A model generated the notes under the pieces. The model searched no databases, was not told the origin of the DNA, and saw only the letters and a program-made list of their open reading frames with translations. Source: Candidatus Bathyarchaeota archaeon (GTDB taxonomy: Archaea > Thermoproteota > Bathyarchaeia > TCS64). Taken from it: a stretch of DNA of 64,000 nucleotides. How positions within the stretch are numbered: position 1 is the stretch's first letter; every line of letters starts with the position of its first letter. Positions 1 through 8,538 of this stretch are shown in pieces. The stretch is taken from positions 13,256 through 77,255 of the forward strand of contig JAOZHO010000033.1 of the NCBI GenBank assembly GCA_026014875.1. The letters run 5' to 3'. Position numbers and translations under genes: made by a program.

Positions 1-76
1 CGCTGTTCATGTAGGTCTTGTACTTGAGGATTGGAAACTCATCCCTGACCTCCCGAATGTTTCTGTCAATGGACAT
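1..76 (-). CDS. Aminotransferase class V / cysteine desulfurase-like protein, N-terminus only (runs off the window)
   Basis: Manual translation from ATG 76: MSIDRNIREVRDEFPILKYKTYMNS, matching the typical R..FP.L....Y.N start of class V PLP enzymes. Confidence 0.65.
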   Translation of the reverse strand, partial: MSIDRNIREVRDEFPILKYKTYMNS

Positions 77-207
77 CTTGGTCTACATTGATTGTTGGTT
101 CAATAGATTATTTAACGAAGGCGGATGGAATGCTCCAGCCTTATTTCGTAAATTTTATATATTAATGAGATATTCTTCATATGAAGAAAGTTTCATGTGT
201 GATGGGC

Positions 208-531
208 ATGGTGAAAAAGGGAATGAACGAAACGTGCTACCGTTTCTTCTCGACTCTGGCAAATCCGACGAGGTTAGCGGCTTTAGAGAACTTGATGAAT
301 AAACCGATGAATGTGACCCAACTTGCGGAAACCCTGGGCCAGGAGCAGAGCATGATCTCCCATAATCTACGTCCTTTAGTTCGGTGCCGGTTTGTCCATG
401 TCGAGAGGAAGGGCAGGGAGCGCCTCTACTCGATAAACCATGAGACCATTGACCCGCTCTTCAAAGTGATCGAGAATCACGCCGTCAACTACTGTCCCAC
501 TGGTGGTAAATGCCTGGAGAGAATGAAATGA
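208..531 (+). CDS. ArsR/SmtB family HTH regulator
   Basis: FSTLANPTRL...MNVTQLAETLGQEQSMISHNLRPL...VERKGRERLY; the start could also be 181 or 223. Confidence 0.85.
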   Translation: MVKKGMNETCYRFFSTLANPTRLAALENLMNKPMNVTQLAETLGQEQSMISHNLRPLVRCRFVHVERKGRERLYSINHETIDPLFKVIENHAVNYCPTGGKCLERMK

Positions 532-755
532 GCTCTTTTTCAAGCGGAGGAGCGGGAGAATCCTTTCCCAGAGTTGGTAGGGAAGGTTCGCACTTGGTGG
601 TTATCTATCTGGGGGAGGACCCTGACGACGTGATCGTCAGAGAGGAGACCGAGCTCGATGTCCGGGAGTTGATGTCTAGGCTTGACTCGGGTGGCTCGGT
701 TTTCATTGCCATGAAGGCGGATGGAATAGGAGATGAGGTGTGTGAAGGGTGCTGA
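528..755 (+). CDS. Small hypothetical protein
   Basis: ATGA overlap with the upstream stop and overlap with the next gene, an operon-like arrangement. Confidence 0.5.
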   Translation: MSSFSSGGAGESFPRVGREGSHLVVIYLGEDPDDVIVREETELDVRELMSRLDSGGSVFIAMKADGIGDEVCEGC

Positions 756-1462
756 CGAACTTGGGTGAGACTCGGGATTCCGGAATCAGGAAGATAATCG
801 AGATCGATGAGGAGAAGTGTAACGGCTGCGGCCTCTGCATCCCAAACTGTGCGGAGGGTGCCCTGCAGATCGTCGACGGTAAGGTGAGGCTTGTGGGAGA
901 TGTCTATTGTGACGGTCTGGGGGCGTGCCTAGGGCATTGCCCCGAGGACGCATTGAGGGTCATCGAGAGGGAGGCGGTTCCATTCGATATGGAGGCGGTC
1001 CATGGACTGCTCGCTTCCCAGAAGGAGCATCCGGTTGCATGCCCCTCCGTGTCCCCCGTGAACTTGCACGACTCCTCGCCTCGGCCAGCTGAGAGGGAGT
1101 CGGCGCTCAGGCATTGGCCTGTTCAGCTCAGGCTGTTGCCCATCGAGGCTCCCCGTTTCCAGGATGCCGATCTATTGGTTGTCGCGGACTGTGTTCCCGT
1201 CGCCCATCCCAATGTCCATGCCTCTCTCCTGTCTGGGAGGACGGTGGCAATGGGGTGCCCGAAACTGGATGACATCGCGGGCTACGGGGAGAAGCTGAAG
1301 GAAATCTTGAAAAAGAATGACGTGCGAAGTGTAACGGTGGCGATCATGGAGGTCCCCTGCTGCTCGGGTTTGAACCGGGTCGTGGACTGGGCGGTGGAGG
1401 CTTCGGGGAAGGCGATCCCCATCAGGAAGCACATCGTGAGCGTCAGGGGGAATATGACTTAG
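749..1462 (+). CDS. 4Fe-4S dicluster ferredoxin-domain protein
   Basis: CNGCGLCIPNC and CDGLGACLGHCP; C-terminal WPVQL/ADC/GCPKLD/MEVPCC domain. Confidence 0.85.
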   Translation: MLTNLGETRDSGIRKIIEIDEEKCNGCGLCIPNCAEGALQIVDGKVRLVGDVYCDGLGACLGHCPEDALRVIEREAVPFDMEAVHGLLASQKEHPVACPSVSPVNLHDSSPRPAERESALRHWPVQLRLLPIEAPRFQDADLLVVADCVPVAHPNVHASLLSGRTVAMGCPKLDDIAGYGEKLKEILKKNDVRSVTVAIMEVPCCSGLNRVVDWAVEASGKAIPIRKHIVSVRGNMT

Positions 1463-1485
1463 CCCACAGGATCCAGAGGCCAGCT

Positions 1486-1722
1486 GTGACGGATCCCCAG
1501 ACTTGTCCGGGGATACGGGATTTCATCCGGCCCACCATGAAGTACGTGAAGTGTCATGAATGTGGTGGGGCCGTCGAGATCTGGAGCGACGAGGACAGCG
1601 GATTCTGCCTAGACTGTAATGCCGAATGGACTAAGCCAGATAAAGATGTCTCCTGTCTCGACTATTGCGAGTACGCTGATGCATGCAAGGAGATAATCGA
1701 GGCCAAGAAACCGCCAAGTTGA
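1486..1722 (+). CDS. Small Cys-rich metal-binding protein
   Basis: CPG...CHECGGAVEIWSDE...CLDC...SCLDYCEYADAC. Confidence 0.7.
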   Translation: MTDPQTCPGIRDFIRPTMKYVKCHECGGAVEIWSDEDSGFCLDCNAEWTKPDKDVSCLDYCEYADACKEIIEAKKPPS

Positions 1723-1816
1723 GGACGGAACCATGTTATTCGCACATAGGTTTTTTTAGTTCGTTGACTGGGGCTATTGGTCTGAGTCGTATCGTTTGGG
1801 GTTCGGGGGAGGAAAA

Positions 1817-3937
1817 ATGGCGTACGTGAGAAAAAGGGATGGACGACTTGCCGAGTTCGACCAGGACAGGATCACTAATGCGATCAGGAAAGCGGTCAGA
1901 GCTGTCGGCGGAAAGGATCAGCACCTCGCTCAAAGATTGAGTGATCGGGTCGTGGTGCAGCTCCATGAGAGGTTCGGTTTGGACGGGGTTCCCACCGTGG
2001 AGGAGATCCAGGACCTCGTGGAGAAGACTCTGATCCAGAATGGACACGCGAGGATGTCTAAGGCTTACATCTTGTATCGGCAGCAGCATCAAGAGCTGCG
2101 GGAGATGGCGGCTCTGCTGAGCTCGGATGACCTGGTGGAGCAGTACCTGGATCTCGCGGACTGGAGGGTGAAGGAGAACTCGAATATGAGTTACAGCCTC
2201 CAGGGATTGAATAACTATCTCTCCTCGGCTGTGATCGCGAATTATTGGTTGACCCGGATCTATCCCCCGAATATCGGGCAGACACACAGGACGGGGGCGT
2301 TCCATATTCATGATCTTGCGGTTCTGGGGCCGTATTGCGTGGGGTGGGATCTGCCGGATCTGCTGTTGTCTGGGTTTAAGGGGGTGCCGGGGAAGGTGGA
2401 GAGTGCGCCGGCGAAGCATCTCGGGACTGCATTGGGTCAGATTGTGAATTTCTTCTATACGTTGCAGGGGGAGGCTGCGGGTGCCCAGGCTTTCAGTAAT
2501 TTCGATACGTATCTGGCCCCCTTCATCAGATATGATGGACTGGGGGAGCGGGAGGTTAAGCAGGCTATTCAGGAGTTCCTGTTTAACGCGAATGTGCCGA
2601 CGAGGGTGGGGTTCCAGACTCCGTTCACGAATATCACTCTAGACATTGATATCCCGGAGTTTCTCAGGGAGGAGCCTGTCGTCATCGGGGGCAAGATTCA
2701 GGATGCTGCTTTCGGTGATTTCGAGGATGAGATGGCGCTTTTCAATTGTGCGTTCGCAGAGGTGATGAGTGAGGGGGACGCCCGAGGGCGGGTGTTCACG
2801 TTCCCCATTGCGACATATAATATCACTGAGGATTTCGATTGGGAGTCCCCCGTTGCGGAGCAGATCTTCCGGATGACGGCGAAGTATGGTACGCCATATT
2901 TCTCAAATTTCATCAATAGCGACATGAGCCCGGAGGACGTGAGGAGCATGTGCTGCCGCCTCAGGATCGATAATCGGGAGCTCCGGAAGCGGGGCGGGGG
3001 CTTCTTCGGGGCGAATCCGTTGACGGGATCCATCGGTGTGGTGACCGTGAATCTGCCCCGGATCAGCTACGAGCAAAAGTCTGAGGATGGGTTCATGGAG
3101 AGGCTGGAGGAACTCATGGACCTTGCGAGGGACAGCCTCATCATCAAGCGTAAAGTGTTAGAGAGCTTCACGGAGAAATGGCTGTACCCATACTCCCGGT
3201 ATTATCTGCGAAGGGTGAAGGAGGCTTTCGATTCTTACTGGGAGAATCACTTCTCGACGATAGGAATAATCGGGATGAACGAGGCGTGCCTAAACCTGAT
3301 GGACACGGGGATCGCCTCCCGGGAGGGACTCGGTTTCGCCGAGAGGGTGATGGGGTTCATGCGGGATAGGCTCTCCGACTACCAAGAGGAAACGGGACAC
3401 ATCTTCAACCTAGAGGCGACTCCGGCGGAGGGGACGGCGTATCGTCTGGCGCGGCTGGATAAGTTGAGTTATCCGAAGATCAAGGTGGCGAATGAGGGTT
3501 ACCTGTCGGGGGGTGCGGAGCCGTTCTACACGAACTCGACGCATCTCCCGGTAGATCACACCGATGATATCTTCGAGGCTTTGGTGCATCAGGATCGTCT
3601 GCAGCATCTGTATACGGGGGGCACTGTGCTCCACGTTTTCCTGGGGGAGCAGGCTCCTAGTTGGAGGGCTGCGGCTGATCTGGTGCGGAGGATTGCGGAG
3701 GGGTCCAAGCTTCCTTATTTCACTTTGACCCCGACATTCAGCATCTGCCCGAGCCACGGGTATCTGCGGGGGAAGCATCCGGAGTGTCCCGAGTGCGGTT
3801 CCCCGGCGGAGGTCTACTCCCGGGTTGTGGGTTATCTGAGGCCCGTGGATCAGTGGAATGACGGGAAGCGGGCGGAGTGGCGTATCCGGAAGACCTATGA
3901 TGGGGCCGTGAACCTGATCGAGGCCCCCCAGGATTGA
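1817..3937 (+). CDS. nrdD: Anaerobic (class III) ribonucleoside-triphosphate reductase with ATP-cone
   Basis: N-terminal VRKRDGRLAEFD ATP-cone, RSMCCRL, EATPAEG, C-terminal Zn site and YSRVVGYLRP glycyl-radical loop. Confidence 0.97.
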   Translation: MAYVRKRDGRLAEFDQDRITNAIRKAVRAVGGKDQHLAQRLSDRVVVQLHERFGLDGVPTVEEIQDLVEKTLIQNGHARMSKAYILYRQQHQELREMAALLSSDDLVEQYLDLADWRVKENSNMSYSLQGLNNYLSSAVIANYWLTRIYPPNIGQTHRTGAFHIHDLAVLGPYCVGWDLPDLLLSGFKGVPGKVESAPAKHLGTALGQIVNFFYTLQGEAAGAQAFSNFDTYLAPFIRYDGLGEREVKQAIQEFLFNANVPTRVGFQTPFTNITLDIDIPEFLREEPVVIGGKIQDAAFGDFEDEMALFNCAFAEVMSEGDARGRVFTFPIATYNITEDFDWESPVAEQIFRMTAKYGTPYFSNFINSDMSPEDVRSMCCRLRIDNRELRKRGGGFFGANPLTGSIGVVTVNLPRISYEQKSEDGFMERLEELMDLARDSLIIKRKVLESFTEKWLYPYSRYYLRRVKEAFDSYWENHFSTIGIIGMNEACLNLMDTGIASREGLGFAERVMGFMRDRLSDYQEETGHIFNLEATPAEGTAYRLARLDKLSYPKIKVANEGYLSGGAEPFYTNSTHLPVDHTDDIFEALVHQDRLQHLYTGGTVLHVFLGEQAPSWRAAADLVRRIAEGSKLPYFTLTPTFSICPSHGYLRGKHPECPECGSPAEVYSRVVGYLRPVDQWNDGKRAEWRIRKTYDGAVNLIEAPQD

Positions 3938-4611
3938 GATTCTGCGGGTTCCGGGGCTCCAGCCTCGTAGATTACCCGGATCGGCTGTCGTCGGTTCTCT
4001 TTTCGCCGGGATGTAATCTCCGGTGTCCCTTCTGCCATAACTGGAGAATTGTGATGGAGCCCAAGGAGCCCTTCCTATCCGAGGACGAAGCCCTGGAGAT
4101 ATTAAGGGAGAGGCGGGGGTTCATCGACTCGGTAGTGGTGACCGGGGGGGAGCCCACCATCCAGGAAGGGCTTCCCGGTTTTCTCCGCAGGCTGAGGGGG
4201 GAGGGTTTCTCCGTGAAGCTGGATACGAATGGGATGAGGCCGGATGTATTGGGGGAGTGTCTGGGTCTCGTGGATTACGTTGCGATGGATTTTAAGACGG
4301 CTCCGGGGCGTTACGGAGAGCTGGGGGGTGGTTCCTCGGAGGCGCTGCTGGAGAGCGTGGGGCTCCTGTTGGAGGGGTGTGTAGATTACGAGTTCCGGTG
4401 CACTGTGGTTCCGGGTTTCGTGGATGAGGGGGCGGTCTTGGAGATGGGGAGGGCGGTGTCCGGGGCGAGACGTTTCGTGTTTCAGCAGTTTGTCCCCGGG
4501 GACACGTTGGACCCCGGTTTTCGGGATGTTGAGCCTTTCAGCGTGGGTGTGATTGAGGGCTTCGGGGAGCTTATGGAGAGTTTCGTGGACGAGGTCGTGT
4601 TGCGGGTATAG
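3934..4611 (+). CDS. nrdG: Anaerobic RNR activating radical SAM enzyme
   Basis: GCNLRCPFCHN, TGGEPT, KLDTNG; overlaps the nrdD stop. Confidence 0.95.
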   Translation: MRFCGFRGSSLVDYPDRLSSVLFSPGCNLRCPFCHNWRIVMEPKEPFLSEDEALEILRERRGFIDSVVVTGGEPTIQEGLPGFLRRLRGEGFSVKLDTNGMRPDVLGECLGLVDYVAMDFKTAPGRYGELGGGSSEALLESVGLLLEGCVDYEFRCTVVPGFVDEGAVLEMGRAVSGARRFVFQQFVPGDTLDPGFRDVEPFSVGVIEGFGELMESFVDEVVLRV

Positions 4612-4653
4612 CCCGTGGACGGGCTCCTCCCTTCTAGAATTGTTTTCTGTGGG

Positions 4654-4732
4654 TGGTGCTCCGGCCGGGATTCGAACCCGGGATCTCCGGCTCGAAAGGC
4701 CGGAATGCTTGACCGGACTACACCACCGGAGC
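4654..4732 (-). tRNA. tRNA-Glu(TTC) with encoded CCA
   Basis: Reverse complement GCTCCGG...CCGGC-CT-TTC-GA-GCCGG...GGGTTCGAATCCC-G-GCCGGAGC-ACCA folds as a cloverleaf. Confidence 0.95.
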
Positions 4733-4819
4733 TCGGGGGGTTTTATGGGGGTTGGGGTGTTTATATGTTTTCCCGGGGGGGTCGTGTTTTTATCTGGGTT
4801 GGTTGGGTATTGTTGTTGG

Positions 4820-4894
4820 GGGCCCGTAGCTCAGTTTGGTTAGAGCACCTGGCTCATAACCAGGTGGTGGTGGGTTCAAATCCCTCCGGGCCCA
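4820..4894 (+). tRNA. tRNA with CAT anticodon, most likely tRNA-Ile2 (agmatidine-modified C34)
   Basis: GGGCCCG/CGGGCCC acceptor stem, CCTGG-CT-CAT-AA-CCAGG; the GGGCCC acceptor is typical of archaeal Ile tRNAs rather than Met. Confidence 0.85.
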
Positions 4895-5067
4895 CTTTTT
4901 ATGAGTGGTAGCATATTATAGCGGTTTTTGGGGATGTTTTATCCTTGGAATCGCTCAACCAATGGATTGCTCATCGAGTAGAGGTCAAGACACAGTGAAA
5001 CAGTGTGGACGGGCAGCCCTCCCAGTCCTGGGTTCGACTTAAATTCGGGGCTCCCTGATGAGGGGGT

Positions 5068-5775
5068 ATGGATGGCATCAGGGGGGTCTTCTTCGATCTC
5101 CACGGGACCCTCCTAATATCCGACGACATCTCGAAGGCGTGGGCGGAGTGGCGGGAGGCGTTCCACGGATGCATGGTTGACTGCGGCCTCGAGACATCGA
5201 TGGAAGAGTTCCAGGTCGAAGTCGAGGGAATCTTCGAGAAGCCCGAGCCAGAGTATGACGCTCCGGGGCTGAGTGTCTTCGAGCGCAGGGTCATGGAGCT
5301 CTGCAGCAGACACGGGCTCGAGATGGACCGCGAGTACATGGGCTGGATGGTGGACCACATCATCGGGATATGGTACAGGGGCATGTACATGGACCCCGAG
5401 GCGCAGCCAGTCTTGGAGGCCCTGAGACCCCGATACAGGACCGCCCTCATCACCAACTGGGACCACACACCGTGGATCCGGAGATGGCTCGCCGACTCCG
5501 ACGTCGGCGGATGGTTTGAGGACATCGTGATCTCCGACGAAGCTGGATGCGCCAAACCCGACCCCCGGATATTCAGGATCGCCCTGGAAAGGCTGGGGCT
5601 CGAGCCCGGGGAGATGGCCTACGTGGGCGACGCACCTGAAGACGTGCGGGGGGCATTAGCCGTCGGATCCATTCCTATCCTGATCAGGAGAAACCAATCT
5701 GACGATGGGGACATCGGAGGCGATGCCAAGGTCATATCCCGTCTATCAGAGCTCCTGGATATTTTCCAGCCGTAG
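5068..5775 (+). CDS. HAD-superfamily hydrolase
   Basis: FFDLHGTL, ITNWD, KPDPRIF, YVGD...D motifs. Confidence 0.9.
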   Translation: MDGIRGVFFDLHGTLLISDDISKAWAEWREAFHGCMVDCGLETSMEEFQVEVEGIFEKPEPEYDAPGLSVFERRVMELCSRHGLEMDREYMGWMVDHIIGIWYRGMYMDPEAQPVLEALRPRYRTALITNWDHTPWIRRWLADSDVGGWFEDIVISDEAGCAKPDPRIFRIALERLGLEPGEMAYVGDAPEDVRGALAVGSIPILIRRNQSDDGDIGGDAKVISRLSELLDIFQP

Positions 5776-5815
5776 AGGCATCCTTCTACCTAAGGAGTAC
5801 AAAGAAAAAAGGGGG

Positions 5816-6643
5816 CTAGGTGGAGACGGCCCCGGCGATGAAGATGGAAGCCCTCAATGCGTTGAAGGCCCCGATGAAGTCGTCCTGAACGAACCTCACC
5901 GTCTTCCCGTCGAGCCTCTCAGCCGAGGGCATGAACTCCACGGCGTCCCCCATCCTCGCGTTGGTGAATCTGACGACTACCTCTACGGGCTGCTTGAAGG
6001 CAAAGGGCTTCACCTTCACGCCCCCCTTCAGCGCCTTCGCGACGTTCTCCCTGATCAGTGCCCTCGCCACCTTGGGGTGGAGGCACTTCGCGGAGGTCCT
6101 TCCTATGGCCTCCTTCACCGCGGCCACCTCGATCCCCGGATCCAGCTCCTTCGCCTCCCGCGCTGTCGCCTTGTCCCCTGCAAGGAAGACCAGGGGGACT
6201 CCGAAGTGGCCGGCGATCCCCGCGTTGATCGCGGTCTCTCCCACCTCAGTTCCGTTGATGGTGACGCTCTCGATGGCCCTCCCCGAGATGGTGTGGCTCA
6301 GAATTCCGTGCTCGGTCCCCTTCTTGGCGTGGTACCCCACGAAGAGGACGGCGTCGAAGCTGCCGTCGATCCCCGCCATCTGGGTGAGGGGCTTCGGTGT
6401 CCCCCGGACCAGCACCGCGGCCTTGTTGAGGGCCTCGGGCTCGATGTTCTTCATGCCCCCGTGGGCGTCGCTCACCACGATCTCGGCCCCGGGGTCTGCT
6501 TCGAGGATGCCGTCGATGGCGGCGTTCACATCGGCCACCATGAGGGCCCGCCCCGTCTTGTACTCGGCCTTATCCCGGCCCGTCTGGGTTCCGTCGACGA
6601 TGCCGGATATCCCTTCCATGTCCACTGAGATGAAAACCTTCAT
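5816..6643 (-). CDS. dppA: M55 family D-aminopeptidase (DppA-like)
   Basis: ISVDMEGISG, DAHG, GYHA...SHT motifs. Confidence 0.9.
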   Translation of the reverse strand: MKVFISVDMEGISGIVDGTQTGRDKAEYKTGRALMVADVNAAIDGILEADPGAEIVVSDAHGGMKNIEPEALNKAAVLVRGTPKPLTQMAGIDGSFDAVLFVGYHAKKGTEHGILSHTISGRAIESVTINGTEVGETAINAGIAGHFGVPLVFLAGDKATAREAKELDPGIEVAAVKEAIGRTSAKCLHPKVARALIRENVAKALKGGVKVKPFAFKQPVEVVVRFTNARMGDAVEFMPSAERLDGKTVRFVQDDFIGAFNALRASIFIAGAVST

Positions 6644-6731
6644 TCAGAATCTCCTGATTGGCATTGACCCTTCGCCGATAAATGCTTTTCAGAAGAGATG
6701 ATTGAAAAAAAGGGAGAGGTTTGCTATGGTT

Positions 6732-8378
6732 CTATGGTTTGCCTTTTCCCTTGGGAGATTGGATCCGTACCCAGTCGAAGCCCTCGATTGGTGTGCCGCC
6801 TTCTTCATCGATCAAGTTGCCTCGTATGAACAGCTTTACGAACATCCAGTCCTCGAGTTCACACAAGCCTAGTGTGCCTACGACTTCTTGAGTGTCGAAT
6901 TTTAAGACTAGGTCAACGTAACCGTCAGCTGTCTCCTCGTGTCCGTCAGGTTCCTCGGGGGTTTCGTCGGGATACGGCGTGGCGACATCCTCGTAGCTCC
7001 AGCGGAGCAGTGAGACGCCCCCCTCGACGCCCTCGATGAACATTTGCACTGTACCGGGGTCTATCGTCATGATGTCAAAGTCCTCTGTCCCGCATATTGC
7101 TATGGATATGACCCCCTTGCTTCCCTTGTTTATCGGGTTGGGCCATGACCCCGGCTTTATGTCGACAGATACGTCTAAGACGAGGATTGCCACGGTCTTC
7201 TCCAAGGTCAGGAGCGCCCATGTGGTTGATAGTATATCGTCGCCCCACTCATCAAAGTTCCAAGACCCATCGGGATTCTGCGTATTCACTATCCTGCTGG
7301 ATATTTCGTCGAACCAGTCGTGCTCGGGGGTGCTGTCGCCATCCAGGTCGATGAGTTCTATTCCATAAGCCTCGAATCCCTTCATTATGCTGAAGGTTGC
7401 TTGGTGATGGGCCCAGTCCCCTCCCCAACCGGGTCCTTTCCATCCTGGGTCCCAGTTGGCGTCGTTCCAGTGTCTCACCTGGTAGTCGATGGCGTCGGTG
7501 ACTCTCGTGTCATCTATCGGATAGCCTACTAATCTCATCTGGTAGAGGAGGTTGCCTGTCTTGAGCATGTTGACCCACGAATCGGGATGACCGTAGCCTG
7601 AGCCTCCATCATTAGGATCTCCATCAACGACATTCTGGATGTAGTTGATCCAGATTTCGAGTTCATCATAGATGAATTGGTGTATCGTAGCCCCGGACGC
7701 CAGAGCGTAGCCTAGGCCGAGGGTCACCCATCCGGTGTTCGAGTTGTCGCTCCAGTCAACAAAGTTTTCATAGTAACCCCAGCCACCCCTTTCGGGGCCC
7801 CCGTCGTTCTGACCGAATGCCAGGTAGTCCACCGTATCCACTATCACATCCTCGTATGTCTGACCCACTAGGGGCCCAGCGGCGACAACGGGGCTGGGGA
7901 TGCCCAACATGTCGGCGCACGCGTCGGCGGCCCCAGTCGCCATCAGGCAGATTCCCGTCGTATATGTACGGTGCCAATTATCACCGGAATCAAAGTACAC
8001 GCCCATATCATCGCCGTCGGAGTCGGGGTCTCCATGGAGCTGCGGTGGAACTGTAATGTCCATGACGTGGGCATTCAGGAATATGTAGTTCAGGCCATCC
8101 ACAACCTGCATGTGGTATTGATACGGCTCTTCGAAGGGATTTTCGCCCAGCTCCTTGGCCCTGTCTATGAACTTTAAAACGGCTAGGCCTGTTCTGGCAA
8201 CGGGTTCATATCCAGGCCATGAACCATCGGGATTCTGCATCCCTGCAAGCCATGCGAGGCCGTCGATTATTGACTGCTCTATCTCATCTTCTGTCGCTGC
8301 GAAGGAAATAGGTAACATCGAGAATATTGACAGAACAAATACCACGATTATTATCGTCGCAACTATCTTTTTTTTCAT
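6732..8378 (-). CDS. Secreted protein with prenyltransferase/squalene-cyclase-like repeats and a C-terminal beta domain
   Basis: MKKK plus hydrophobic signal peptide; repeats QNPDGSW (x2), QNDG...GGWGY, DGGSGY; C-terminal VDIKPGSWPNPIN. Confidence 0.7.
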   Translation of the reverse strand: MKKKIVATIIIVVFVLSIFSMLPISFAATEDEIEQSIIDGLAWLAGMQNPDGSWPGYEPVARTGLAVLKFIDRAKELGENPFEEPYQYHMQVVDGLNYIFLNAHVMDITVPPQLHGDPDSDGDDMGVYFDSGDNWHRTYTTGICLMATGAADACADMLGIPSPVVAAGPLVGQTYEDVIVDTVDYLAFGQNDGGPERGGWGYYENFVDWSDNSNTGWVTLGLGYALASGATIHQFIYDELEIWINYIQNVVDGDPNDGGSGYGHPDSWVNMLKTGNLLYQMRLVGYPIDDTRVTDAIDYQVRHWNDANWDPGWKGPGWGGDWAHHQATFSIMKGFEAYGIELIDLDGDSTPEHDWFDEISSRIVNTQNPDGSWNFDEWGDDILSTTWALLTLEKTVAILVLDVSVDIKPGSWPNPINKGSKGVISIAICGTEDFDIMTIDPGTVQMFIEGVEGGVSLLRWSYEDVATPYPDETPEEPDGHEETADGYVDLVLKFDTQEVVGTLGLCELEDWMFVKLFIRGNLIDEEGGTPIEGFDWVRIQSPKGKGKP

Positions 8379-8538
8379 TGTTTATCCGATTCGCCATCTG
8401 TACCGTTCTTTGGCTAAGTATACTGTAACTGTCAATTCTTAGAAAGAGGAACAGAATGTGCCCAACGAGAAATCCTCTCTCCCCGGGCTCGCATGAAAAA
8501 ACTCGATGAAAGACTATTTTTGATTAAGCCATAGTCGC

